Shown here one piece after another: positions 20,029 through 29,598 of a DNA stretch of 64,000 nt. The DNA lies in the NCBI GenBank assembly GCA_964348825.1, contig CAYGDX010000004.1:517-64516 (forward strand), given 5' to 3'. The notes beneath the pieces are model-generated. The model ran no database searches. It had not been told where the DNA came from and saw only the letters and a program-made list of their open reading frames with translations. The DNA is from an uncultured Gammaproteobacteria bacterium. Its GTDB lineage: Bacteria > Patescibacteriota > Patescibacteriia > Veblenbacterales > UBA10138. The position numbers and the translations under genes are program-made. Each line of letters starts with the position of its first letter. Position 1 is the stretch's first letter.

Positions 20029-21495
20029 TTATGGATTTTTAATCAATTTCATCAATTCCTCAATTGATGACTTTAGCTCTTGCGGAGTATATCCGCCATT
20101 GCTCGTATTTTCTGGGTGGTGAATCGAATTTCTAACGAAAGTCATCAACGACACATCTTCGGATTGTTGTGCTTTCCCATTTGCTATTTTAACCCATTTT
20201 TTAGATTTTGTAATGCTCTTGGTTGTAAAATATACTTCAACTTGGTCTATGCTGTATTTTTGCTGTGTTTCCTGCAAGTGTCCATAAAGCTCATTATGAA
20301 ATTCAATTGTTGGTAAATCATACGCAGAATAATTTATCTCGCCCCAAGACGGACTCCACGGGAAAATGCCGAACTGCAAACCAGTATTTTCTACCGAAAT
20401 TCCATCGTCAGTATTTTTCGTGATCAATAATTCAATTTGGGGGTTACTTAAACAATTCTTGAAAAAATATGGGGAGTGGGTGGAAATAAAAACTTGATTT
20501 GTTTTTGAAAATTCTATGAGATATTGGACAAACTTTTCTTGCAGGTGTGGGTGTAAATGAAGCTCTGGCTCGTCAATCAGCACAACAATCTTTTCTTTTG
20601 AGAGTGCGGCGAGTGTTTCTAAAAACAAGAGGGAGATTATCATTTCCACCCCTGAACCAAGAGTTGTAACGGGCAAATCAAGTTTTTCTAGTTTTTGTGA
20701 AAGAAAAGCACTATCAAATGGAGCGTTGCTATCAATAAAAGAAAGATCAATCGTATCAACTTCGAAATCCTTTAATTTTTTATTAAGAACCTCAAAACAC
20801 TTTTTCATTGAAGCGTCGTCAATCTTGCTTACTATTTCTTTTTCAAAAGTGTTTTTCTTTGCAAAAAAAGTTTCTTCTCCTTCGGCAACTGTTTCTTCTC
20901 GGACACTTTTCGAAAACCGCCAATTATAATCATCAAAAACAGAAGAAGCGGAGGAATTATAACCTCTTTGCAGTTGCTTCTCTCTATTTTTTCCAAAATA
21001 AAAACTCTTTGTAAACCCCTCTAAATCAACTTGAGATAAAGACAAAAGTCTTTCATCAAATTGATACTTTGTTCCAGTACCTCTTGTTATTTCCCAACCC
21101 TTTTCATTATCTTTTGGTCTGTTCGGAATAACATGATGAGATAAAACCACAATATCCGAAAACGCTTTGCCGTTAGCGGCGCGGTCTCTTTTCTTTATTT
21201 CTAAATAAACACCATTACATTCAACTTTTTGCGTAGTATATCCATCTGGCAACTTGGCGGTAAAAACTGAATCGAACTCAATTTTTATAATAATCGAATC
21301 ATCTGACCCATTGTAAAAATCTGTATGCTTAATTCTTCCAGATAAAAAATAGGGAGAAAGAACAAAATTTATTGCTTCAATAATCGAAGTTTTACCCGTT
21401 CCATTGTTCCCAATAAAAAGCGACAGATCTTTTGCCTCAAAAGAAATCTCTTTGATTGATCTAAAATTTTTAATTGATACTTTTGAGATTCTCAT
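20029..21495 (-). CDS. ABC-type ATPase of the OLD/GajA/PtuA-like (AAA_21/AAA_15) family, no Toprim detected
   Basis: N-terminus MRISKVSIKNFRSIKEISF...FIGNNGTGKTS (Walker A). VLIDEPELHLHPHLQ Walker B/D-loop. STHSP H-loop. Start overlaps the upstream gene by 4 nt (ATGA). Confidence 0.65.
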   Translation of the reverse strand: MRISKVSIKNFRSIKEISFEAKDLSLFIGNNGTGKTSIIEAINFVLSPYFLSGRIKHTDFYNGSDDSIIIKIEFDSVFTAKLPDGYTTQKVECNGVYLEIKKRDRAANGKAFSDIVVLSHHVIPNRPKDNEKGWEITRGTGTKYQFDERLLSLSQVDLEGFTKSFYFGKNREKQLQRGYNSSASSVFDDYNWRFSKSVREETVAEGEETFFAKKNTFEKEIVSKIDDASMKKCFEVLNKKLKDFEVDTIDLSFIDSNAPFDSAFLSQKLEKLDLPVTTLGSGVEMIISLLFLETLAALSKEKIVVLIDEPELHLHPHLQEKFVQYLIEFSKTNQVFISTHSPYFFKNCLSNPQIELLITKNTDDGISVENTGLQFGIFPWSPSWGEINYSAYDLPTIEFHNELYGHLQETQQKYSIDQVEVYFTTKSITKSKKWVKIANGKAQQSEDVSLMTFVRNSIHHPENTSNGGYTPQELKSSIEELMKLIKNP

Positions 21496-23009
21496 AAAGT
21501 TGCTTCATTCAACGTTCTCTTTTCCTCAAGACCGTGGACAAATTTATCAATATCCGAAATTCTTACTTCCAAACCATCCTTTTTGATAAAATCAAAATAG
21601 CGTTCAGTATCAATGAAGGATTTTGGTGAGATAAATACAGAATATGATTTTGTACCTTTCTTTACATACTCCTCAAGATGTCGGTGTACTGAAAATGACT
21701 CTCTAATATGTTGCTGTGTGCCTGTTAGTAAAGTCACTTCTATCAATACGGTGTCCTTATTTTCTAAACATTCAATATCTGGGTTTCCACCAGAAGCAAA
21801 ACTTGTCGGTAAACCCTCATCATCTGAAACAAAATTTGGCTTTACTACAACATTTGGTAATTTTTTGAGAATAGCCAAAGAGGTTAAAAACTCTAAACGC
21901 AAAGGCTGTTCGATCACCCGCAAAATATCGTCTTCGGAAGATTTTTTCTGCGCTAAATTAAGCATTTCGGTTTTAATTGATTTCCACGCATAATGATTTA
22001 CCCATTTTTCCAACTCTGCTTTAGTCGTTCTAATAGGAGTTTCATAGACGGAGAGCGTTGCAATCAAATTGGTGTCCACTTTGCCAATATAATTAAAATA
22101 ATCTTTTTCAGTCGTAAAGGTTGGATAAGAAATATAATTTTCTAAAATATAATTTACAGTCGCAATTTCTTTTGTGTTGATGTCAATGAAACGACCACCA
22201 CCACGCAAAGAAAATAAACCAGTTAAACGCATTTTACGAATAAAATCATCGGGATAATCGCCCAAGATAGAATTATCGTCTCTTTTGGTCTCGTTTAATA
22301 AGTCATAGCAAAGATCTAAAACTATCTCGTTGCTTGGCGAATAGCCATGTTTTTTACGCAACTTTTTTATTTGACGATATAAACTTTCGGCATTATCATT
22401 TTGCCAACAGAGCAATAACGGAATTTCTAACCTTGAAATACCCGTGCCATTATAGGCAGGGTCATTGTCTAGGAGTTTTATTGTTTGTATCAGCAATATC
22501 AATGGTACATTTTTATTTAAAACTCTACGAAACGGATTTTGTCGCTGATATTTTGCGAAAGCATTAGCAAAAACCATCAATTCGTTTTCGGGTTTTACTT
22601 TATCCAATATCATTTTCCCGCTTTCGGAAAATTTTATTTCTTCATTTGGCCAATACCAAATAAAACCAAGTTCTTTGGCAATTTTAAACCAAGTATCAAA
22701 TCTTGATGGCCAACCTTTTTCAAAACCCGCCTCTTTATGGCTTTGCGGATTGTCATTAAATACTTTTTCGGTTTCAGCCTCGCTTAGTTCTATTTCGTTT
22801 TTCCATTTACCTTTTACTACTTGCGTTATTTTCATGGGTTGATATAACCCTTTTTGAATCAAGATTTTAGCTACTTTATCAATAATTTCGTTTGTTAAAA
22901 TTTTGCCATCATATTCAGCAAGCACGGTTAAAAAATCCTTTAGTCGTTCAGGATTTCTCATTGTTGTCGTAAATAATAATGGTTTATATTCAGATTGTCG
23001 TTTTTTCAT
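21492..23009 (-). CDS. Hypothetical 505-aa protein; candidate restriction endonuclease (C-terminal PD-(D/E)xK-like segment GNPDIECL...LIEVTLL)
   Basis: Operonic, overlapping both neighbours. Weak PD...E.T/K-like motif near the C-terminus. Assignment is inference. Confidence 0.35.
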   Translation of the reverse strand: MKKRQSEYKPLLFTTTMRNPERLKDFLTVLAEYDGKILTNEIIDKVAKILIQKGLYQPMKITQVVKGKWKNEIELSEAETEKVFNDNPQSHKEAGFEKGWPSRFDTWFKIAKELGFIWYWPNEEIKFSESGKMILDKVKPENELMVFANAFAKYQRQNPFRRVLNKNVPLILLIQTIKLLDNDPAYNGTGISRLEIPLLLCWQNDNAESLYRQIKKLRKKHGYSPSNEIVLDLCYDLLNETKRDDNSILGDYPDDFIRKMRLTGLFSLRGGGRFIDINTKEIATVNYILENYISYPTFTTEKDYFNYIGKVDTNLIATLSVYETPIRTTKAELEKWVNHYAWKSIKTEMLNLAQKKSSEDDILRVIEQPLRLEFLTSLAILKKLPNVVVKPNFVSDDEGLPTSFASGGNPDIECLENKDTVLIEVTLLTGTQQHIRESFSVHRHLEEYVKKGTKSYSVFISPKSFIDTERYFDFIKKDGLEVRISDIDKFVHGLEEKRTLNEATL

Positions 23010-23013
23010 AATT

Positions 23014-23919
23014 TTAATAGTTAGTGATCAAGACTTCTTTGATTATCTTTTTCCCATTATTGTGGTAACTAATATAGTTGCTTTCAATTTTGTGTACTTT
23101 GTATTGTTCCATCCACTCTATCAAAAGGTCATTTTTGCTTCCATTGTAATGTGTAACATTTGATAAAGCAAATTTAACGCCTCTTTTGTCTAAATTATCG
23201 ATTAAGTCTAACAAGTCAGATTCTGATTTTGAATCCCAAAACTTATTATATTCGCTTGCGGTTATTAAGTAGGGCGGATCTAAATAAACAAAATCATTTT
23301 TAAAATATTGTTTCTCTGAAAAAAACTTTTTAAAATCATTCGATGTAATTGTGATTTTCTTATTATTTACAAAATCAAAATAGCCATTTAGGGCATTGAC
23401 TACATTTTTGTTAAAATCAACATTCCCGACAGGTAGATTAAATTTGCCACCACCATTAAATCTCAACATTCTGTTAAACCCATATATAAGTAAAACATAC
23501 AAAATCAGAGGGTCATTTTTTTTGTTATTATTTACACATACTCTCAATTTTTCGTATCCCTCTTTGTTAAATCGGGCGAAATAAGTTTTTTTCCATTCTT
23601 TTTTTAGTGAATCGGGAATTATATCTTCTTTGTAAGATTTGGATAATTTATATTCGGATATTACTTTTTCAACGCTTTTAAAAAACGGGCTTGGATTGTC
23701 TGCATTTTTCATTAAAAACTTATGTATGTTGATGAGATGTTTGTTTATATCATTTAAAAAATACTTCTTCGCTTCAATGTTCAAAAATACAGTGCCTCCG
23801 CCAACAAAAGGTTCGTAAAAATTATTCACTTCTTTGGGAAATAAATTTATCAGTTGCTTCATTAATTTGTATTTATCCCCAACATAAAATAACGGGGATC
23901 TTTTGATTTTGTTATTCAT
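23014..23919 (-). CDS. D12-class (Dam-like) N6-adenine DNA methyltransferase
   Basis: Motif I FYEPFVGGGTVFLN. Motif IV YLDPPY. N-terminal YVGDKYKL. Alpha-group motif order. Confidence 0.8.
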   Translation of the reverse strand: MNNKIKRSPLFYVGDKYKLMKQLINLFPKEVNNFYEPFVGGGTVFLNIEAKKYFLNDINKHLINIHKFLMKNADNPSPFFKSVEKVISEYKLSKSYKEDIIPDSLKKEWKKTYFARFNKEGYEKLRVCVNNNKKNDPLILYVLLIYGFNRMLRFNGGGKFNLPVGNVDFNKNVVNALNGYFDFVNNKKITITSNDFKKFFSEKQYFKNDFVYLDPPYLITASEYNKFWDSKSESDLLDLIDNLDKRGVKFALSNVTHYNGSKNDLLIEWMEQYKVHKIESNYISYHNNGKKIIKEVLITNY

Positions 23920-25723
23920 GTTGGTTTTTAGTTACGAACAAATACTCTTTGTGATTATTGAAATTTGTATTTCCGGCATTAAAATGTCTATAATTTTTTT
24001 CAAAAACTTTTGTTTTACCTTTTGCTTGTAAGATTTTCTCAATTTCTTGAAGTGTGATTTTATTTTTTGATGAGTTACTTTTTGAATCGTATGTATTATT
24101 GTACGAAACAACCAAAAATCGAGCATCAATATCTCTCACAAGCTCTGCAAATTTTTCTTTGGCATTAGCTCGGCAGTAATCGCTCATATTTTCTGGATCT
24201 GGTTTTAGCGCAACTCCATAAAGTTTTGGCTTATCCCATTTGGTCAATGTTTCAAGTACATGATAAAAACGACTGTATTGTCTGGAATTATAGGGCGGAT
24301 CAATATAAACCACATCTGCTTTTATCTTTTTTGCCAGAACATTTGTGTCTTCTTGAAAAATAGATATTTCTTGAGTATTAATCGGATCAATCGGTTTCAT
24401 GAAAAAACTATCATTTACAAAATCTTTTTTAAAATAAGCATCAAAATGTCCAACGGTATTAGCGATTTTGTCAGCCGTATAAAGCAATGATGCAATCAGT
24501 ATAAAATATTCTCTTTCTGTTAAATTGTTTTTGTTTTCTTCAATGTTTTCCCTGATAAAGCCGATAATTTTAGCTGAATTATTGCTGAAAAATTTACCGC
24601 CAAAGTTTTTGGAAAAATAATTATCTTCTAAATCTCCACCATAAATATTATTGTAGTTCTTAATAATGCCGTCTATCTTATTTTTGTCCCACGCTTCTTT
24701 TCCAAAAAAGGCACGATATATTATGTAATTGGAATGTAAAAAATCATTTAATAATACTTTTTTAAAGTGTTTTGTCGCTACAGCAGATACAACCCCCGTC
24801 CCAGCAAAAACATCTGCAAAAGAATTTCCGCTACATTCTTTGTTTATAATCGAAAAAATCCATTCAATTAGTTTGTGCTTATTCCCTATATATCTGCGAT
24901 TATGTAATTGGATATGATTTTCTTTTACTTGTGGGATGTAGAAATAATTTTCTTGAATTTTTTCAGCAGTTATTTCATAAGTTGGTTTTTCAATTTCAAG
25001 TAAGGCGAAAAGAGTGCCCTGTATTCCGTCTGCAACATAATCAAAACCACCCTTTTGTTTTTTTAGTTTTTCGTGAAAACTGTAATGATCGTTTTCGGAG
25101 ATAATAATGAAATCAATAACAGGTATTCCCATTATTTCTCCTGCTTGAACTATTTTTTCGACAATTTGATTATCTTTTTCACTTGGTGAAGAATCGCCCG
25201 ATGGATGGTTGTGAATTAAGATAACGCTAGCGGCGTTTAATTCTGTTGCCGGATAAAAGATTTCTCTTGGATGTAGCAATGTTTTATCTAGTAATCCTAC
25301 ACTAACAATTTCCTTTTTGAGGAGAAAATTTCTTGCGTTAAGATATAAACAAACTAGGTGTTCTTTTTTCTTATCTCTTAAATCGTAGGTGAGTTGTAGA
25401 ACATCTTGAGAATTTTTAATAATAGTCTCGTTTGATTTTTCATCCGCATAGAATCTTTTGACCAATGAAATTGCGGAAGCAATTTGTAGTGCCTTGGCTT
25501 GGCCAATCCCTGAAATTTCCAAAAGATCATCAACGGTTATATTTAAAAAGTTTTTACCAAACTTTTTGATAATACTCTCTGAAAGTTCCCTGACATTTTT
25601 ACCCTTTATGCCACTACCTAAAAGAATTGCCAAAAGATCACTTTTTGAAAGAGCATCAGCTCCTTTTTGGAGGAATCGTTCGCGTGGTCTATCAATTTTT
25701 GGAATGTCTTTAAGCTTTCCCAT
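23912..25723 (-). CDS. Fusion protein: N-terminal RadC-like JAB/MPN domain plus C-terminal D12-class (Dam-like) N6-adenine DNA methyltransferase
   Basis: RadC segment PRERFL...LLAILLGSG...HNHPSGDSSPSEKD (JAMM motif). MTase segment RYIGNKHKL...FADVFAGTGVV (FxGxG), VVYIDPPYN, FLVVSYNNT. Confidence 0.75.
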   Translation of the reverse strand: MGKLKDIPKIDRPRERFLQKGADALSKSDLLAILLGSGIKGKNVRELSESIIKKFGKNFLNITVDDLLEISGIGQAKALQIASAISLVKRFYADEKSNETIIKNSQDVLQLTYDLRDKKKEHLVCLYLNARNFLLKKEIVSVGLLDKTLLHPREIFYPATELNAASVILIHNHPSGDSSPSEKDNQIVEKIVQAGEIMGIPVIDFIIISENDHYSFHEKLKKQKGGFDYVADGIQGTLFALLEIEKPTYEITAEKIQENYFYIPQVKENHIQLHNRRYIGNKHKLIEWIFSIINKECSGNSFADVFAGTGVVSAVATKHFKKVLLNDFLHSNYIIYRAFFGKEAWDKNKIDGIIKNYNNIYGGDLEDNYFSKNFGGKFFSNNSAKIIGFIRENIEENKNNLTEREYFILIASLLYTADKIANTVGHFDAYFKKDFVNDSFFMKPIDPINTQEISIFQEDTNVLAKKIKADVVYIDPPYNSRQYSRFYHVLETLTKWDKPKLYGVALKPDPENMSDYCRANAKEKFAELVRDIDARFLVVSYNNTYDSKSNSSKNKITLQEIEKILQAKGKTKVFEKNYRHFNAGNTNFNNHKEYLFVTKNQHE

Positions 25724-25725
25724 AT

Positions 25726-26574
25726 TTATTTCCTATAAACTTCTTCTAATGTCTTACCACTTTCCGTTTTCCATTTTTTCCAACCGCTAGTTGAATTTCC
25801 CAAAACGATGTCTGATGCGGCGCTTGGACTATTAAAAACATAATCCTTAACAAAAACATATAAGTCATCGCCTCTTTTTTCGAGATAATTGTTTTTCAAT
25901 AACTTTTCTATAATTTTCTGATTACGATCAATAACTGCCTTCGAAATATCGGTTGTTGCGGTTGAATCTTTATAAACAACAAAGCCATCGTTTGTCATAC
26001 GACCAGTTGCTAAAGCGTCTTTACCCCTACAAGTAAAAAGAGGGTCTGATATATTTTTTTGTTCTTTAGAAATAACTTCTTGCAAAATTGGGTAGCCAAG
26101 GGCAGAAAACAAAAGTTTCAGGTTTTCCAAAAATTCTTCCATCTCGGCAATATCTGCTTCAGATAAAGAAGGTAAAGATGATTCTGTGCCATTTTCTAAA
26201 TTAAACCTTTTTGCCTTAGTTGCTAAAGTTAAGCATCTACTCTCGAGATATCTAACATGAGCTTTTGTTAAATTATTATCTTTACTCACAAATGCTACTG
26301 CGATTTGCCAAAAATCTTTCGAGCCATCATGAGTTGATAATCTATTCCATAAATTTTCTGCCTCTCCCACATATGCAGTGGGTAATAGTGCTTCTTCACT
26401 CTCTTTACCTATCAGAAAATAAACTGCTGGCTTGTTACATTCAGGGCGTTGTTTTATTTCTTTAAGTTTATTTCTAGGGATAACAATTGCTTGACCAACC
26501 CAATTACTTAATTCAGCGGTTTTTAGGCCGTTAGGTTCGCCGTCAATCAAAAATATTTTTATAGTTTTTGCCAT
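25726..26574 (-). CDS. GIY-YIG-like nuclease domain protein with DUF4357-like C-terminal domain
   Basis: N-terminal PAVYFLIGK...AYVGEAENLWNRLSTH resembles the GIY-YIG core. C-terminal FTCRGKDALATGRMTNDGFVVYKDS resembles DUF4357. First gene of the operon. Confidence 0.5.
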   Translation of the reverse strand: MAKTIKIFLIDGEPNGLKTAELSNWVGQAIVIPRNKLKEIKQRPECNKPAVYFLIGKESEEALLPTAYVGEAENLWNRLSTHDGSKDFWQIAVAFVSKDNNLTKAHVRYLESRCLTLATKAKRFNLENGTESSLPSLSEADIAEMEEFLENLKLLFSALGYPILQEVISKEQKNISDPLFTCRGKDALATGRMTNDGFVVYKDSTATTDISKAVIDRNQKIIEKLLKNNYLEKRGDDLYVFVKDYVFNSPSAASDIVLGNSTSGWKKWKTESGKTLEEVYRK

Positions 26575-26578
26575 AGGA

Positions 26579-26731
26579 TTATTTGATTAAATCATCAACG
26601 CCAACTTCCAACGCCTTTGCGATCTTGGTTAGCGTTTCAATGGTCGGGTTCGTATTTACATCATTTTCAACCTTAACAATGGTATTAAGCGATAAATCGG
26701 CAAGGCGGGCTATCTTTTCGAGAGAGTATTA
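26579..26731 (-). pseudogene. 5'-truncated XRE-family HTH regulator remnant (C-terminal ~50 aa only)
   Basis: Translation ...SLEKIARLADLSLNTIVKVENDVNTNPTIETLTKIAKALEVGVDDLIK* matches the second half of an HTH_3 domain. There is no start codon and an in-frame stop lies immediately upstream. Confidence 0.6.
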
Positions 26732-26912
26732 TTTTATTTCTTAATACTACAATGATACGTAATTTAAACAATTTTGTAAACGGATTTTTTAAGTGGTCGT
26801 GAAACAAAAATCAATAAAAGTTGGTTAATATTAGGCGATTTTTATCAAAAACAAAAACACCCTAAAATTCTCTGGGCGAGGAATAGAGGGTGTTTTTTAT
26901 CTATCTATATTA

Positions 26913-27608
26913 TTAATCTCTCCTTGAAACTTCTTTTTCAATCGTATCAAGCCATTTGGAGGCCTTTTCTTTGCCACCCAAACCAAAAGCCAAACCACCA
27001 GCAATCGCGAGCATCGCGACTAGGCCGGTGAAAAGGATTTGGATTAAAGCAGTTGCTACGCCAAGTTGTACCAAAGCGGCGAGGAGCGCAAAAATAATAA
27101 TCGCCCACTTTGAAAGGGCTGCCAGTGGTTTATAAGCTGGAGTAGGTGCACCTGAAACTTTAATGGATTTCTCCACTACATTGTGCACAAATTGCCCCAT
27201 TACCAAACCAACTGTTAAGATTACTACCGCGATTATTACATTCGGAATATAAAGCGCTACTTCACTTAAGAAGTCGGTGACTTGCGTCCAACCCAAGAAA
27301 TCAGTGACGGCAATCAAAATTACGACAATGAAAAACCATTTTACAATCCAGCCCACTAAATTGGATAAAGCAAAACGAAGTCCTAACGCTTCGCATTTTT
27401 CCATTAAACCAGTGCTTTTTATTAAATCATCAAGGCGTACCCAGTAAATAACTTTGGCCGCTACTTTTCCTAAAGCTACCGCTACAATTAAGCCCAAAAC
27501 AAAAACGATTAAGGCCACTAAAAATTCCGGCAAAAAACCAAGCAGGTTGCCCCACATGGTTTGAAAAGATAAAGCTAACATATCTAACCAAGTTGTCATT
27601 CTATACAC
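26913..27608 (-). CDS. Membrane protein with repeated conserved-TM-helix segments (MscS-N-terminal-like)
   Basis: Four hydrophobic helices in an internally repeated pattern. Confidence 0.4.
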   Translation of the reverse strand: MYRMTTWLDMLALSFQTMWGNLLGFLPEFLVALIVFVLGLIVAVALGKVAAKVIYWVRLDDLIKSTGLMEKCEALGLRFALSNLVGWIVKWFFIVVILIAVTDFLGWTQVTDFLSEVALYIPNVIIAVVILTVGLVMGQFVHNVVEKSIKVSGAPTPAYKPLAALSKWAIIIFALLAALVQLGVATALIQILFTGLVAMLAIAGGLAFGLGGKEKASKWLDTIEKEVSRRD

Positions 27609-27847
27609 CCCCTTTCTGTGTAAGAGATTAGTTCGCTTTTATTATAGCAGGGAAGGAATAGAAGGGGTAGAGGGGTGGATTAATTGTCATTGCGAGTATC
27701 CCGAGCCGAGTCGAGGGGGACGAAGCAATCTTTTAAAAATCCTAAATCATAATATCTAAATACTAAACAAATCCAAAATTCAAATTTTCAAAATAAAAAA
27801 TGGCTAACGTGTTTTTAGTTAGCCATTGTGATTGATGATTTTTTGAA

Positions 27848-29332
27848 TTATTTTTTTTCAGCTAATTTTTGAAACAAGTGTTTGGCAACTAATACATCAG
27901 TTATCAAGTACGTGCCAGTATCAATAGCTAATTGACGTATCGCTTCGCCATCGGTTTCAGTTTGTCCTTGGGCTGGACTTGGGATATTAATTACATTGGT
28001 TAGTACTTTATGCTGCAATAAATCAGCCAAGTTAGGTTTACCTGTCTCACTTATTTTATGCACGAGTGTGGTTGATATTCCATGTTCGTGTAAAAATTGG
28101 TGAGTACCTGAAGTTGTATAAAGTACGATTCCGTTGTTGGCGATCATTTGAATGCTCGGCAGTAGTTCAGCTTTGGATCCATCAGCAATACTTAAAAGTA
28201 TAGTGCGTGGAGCCGGTGATAATATAGAATCAATGCCTTGACGTCGGGAATCAAAATCTCCTGTGAATCTGCCATATAAATTAGCAGGCGCACAATCACG
28301 AATATCAGGGAATCCGAGTATTGATTGAATTACTCGTTCAAAACCCATTCCATATCCAGCGTGAGGTTTTATAAATCCGCTTCCAACTACATCTTCAATA
28401 TACCATTTAAAATCATCATATGTTCCTCCGTTTTCTGTGAGTATTCGGAACATATCAGATGCCAATAGTCTATTTTTGAGTAGTATTGGATCAGGTTCAC
28501 GTACTGCCGAACCGACACTTTCACCGGAACCATATAATATTAAATCAGCGCTGAATACTTGTAGGGGATTTTTGGGATTTGGCATCATATTAAAGAACTT
28601 TATTGCTGTTGGATAATGGGTAATAAATACCGGACATTTACCAAAGCGTTTTGCTATTTTGTTCATTTCTATTACCACAACTTGTTCATGCTTATCCTTT
28701 AAATCATCACCCCATTTTAACTCCGGGTAACCATTTTGTTGTAATAGAATAATTGCTTCGTCATAAGTGATTCGTAAAAATGGATATTTTATTATTTCCA
28801 GGAGCTCTTTTGTATTTTGACCATAAAATTCCAAAGTATCCGGATGATTTACGATTATTGTATTAACAAAATGCCTAACCGCCGACTCAATTCGTTGTAA
28901 CAAGTGTTCAAACATTCGTTCAGGGTTGAATTGGCTTTCGCCTTCTACTGATGGCCAACTAAATTCTTCTTCACCTAAGGAGAATTCAAATAAATGACGA
29001 CAATCTTCTACACCTTCGTCACGGAAGCTGCGCATAATAGTGAATACACCAGGATAAAACATTTGAAAAAGTTCTAGAGCTAGTTGCCCAGTTTGAGGTG
29101 CATAAAGTGGCAGGTTTAATTTGTTGAGTATTCGGTATAGTGTCTTTATTTGTTCGCAAGCACCCGTTACTCCGACCATTTGTGGTACCAATACATATTT
29201 TAAGCCAGTAGTTGGGTAATAGCTTAAAGCTGTTAAATGTAGAGTGGTGTGTAACTCCATAATTCGTTGAACATGCTCGTAGTAGTTAACATTAATAGGT
29301 CCTTTTAAAGTTTGGATAGTTAGATTTTGCAT
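27848..29332 (-). CDS. Class IIb aminoacyl-tRNA-synthetase-like catalytic core (AsnA/EpmA/AspRS-like, no anticodon-binding domain) fused to a C-terminal MGS-like domain
   Basis: Motif 2 region FTIMRSFRDEGVEDCRHLFEFSLGE (compare AspRS CFRDED..RQPEFTQ). Upstream GA..F and QSPQL-like segments. C-terminus VINIPS...GEAIRQLAIDTG..LITD resembles an MGS-like fold. Confidence 0.5.
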   Translation of the reverse strand: MQNLTIQTLKGPINVNYYEHVQRIMELHTTLHLTALSYYPTTGLKYVLVPQMVGVTGACEQIKTLYRILNKLNLPLYAPQTGQLALELFQMFYPGVFTIMRSFRDEGVEDCRHLFEFSLGEEEFSWPSVEGESQFNPERMFEHLLQRIESAVRHFVNTIIVNHPDTLEFYGQNTKELLEIIKYPFLRITYDEAIILLQQNGYPELKWGDDLKDKHEQVVVIEMNKIAKRFGKCPVFITHYPTAIKFFNMMPNPKNPLQVFSADLILYGSGESVGSAVREPDPILLKNRLLASDMFRILTENGGTYDDFKWYIEDVVGSGFIKPHAGYGMGFERVIQSILGFPDIRDCAPANLYGRFTGDFDSRRQGIDSILSPAPRTILLSIADGSKAELLPSIQMIANNGIVLYTTSGTHQFLHEHGISTTLVHKISETGKPNLADLLQHKVLTNVINIPSPAQGQTETDGEAIRQLAIDTGTYLITDVLVAKHLFQKLAEKK

Positions 29333-29598
29333 GGTAATCCCTTTGTTTGTTTTATTGATTTGGTTATTTAATTGTTAAAGATCGGTGTTTACAAAAAATC
29401 CCTCACCTGAAGTGAAGGATTAATTGCTAATAGAAATATCGCCCCCTTGATTGTTCATTGATTTGAGTCGGTCGTAGTATTTCATAGGGGAAGTTATTAA
29501 TACACTGTTCCTAATGATAAACTACCGTTTACGCTTGTGCAATGTGGATAACTAAAAACCGCCTTTCCTAAGTAAATAGAGGCGGATTAAATAAAATA

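Noticed and set aside
20029-21495. Full OLD-family nuclease (ATPase plus Toprim) or Gabija GajA
   Set aside because: The N-terminal ABC ATPase resembles GajA/OLD, but the C-terminal ~130 aa lack a Toprim E...DxD signature and no GajB-like helicase gene is adjacent. Called only as an OLD/PtuA-like ATPase.
20029-26731. Integrase/transposase-defined mobile element borders for the defence island
   Set aside because: No integrase, recombinase or transposase ORF is present in the window. The island edge is inferred only from the truncated HTH gene and repeat content.
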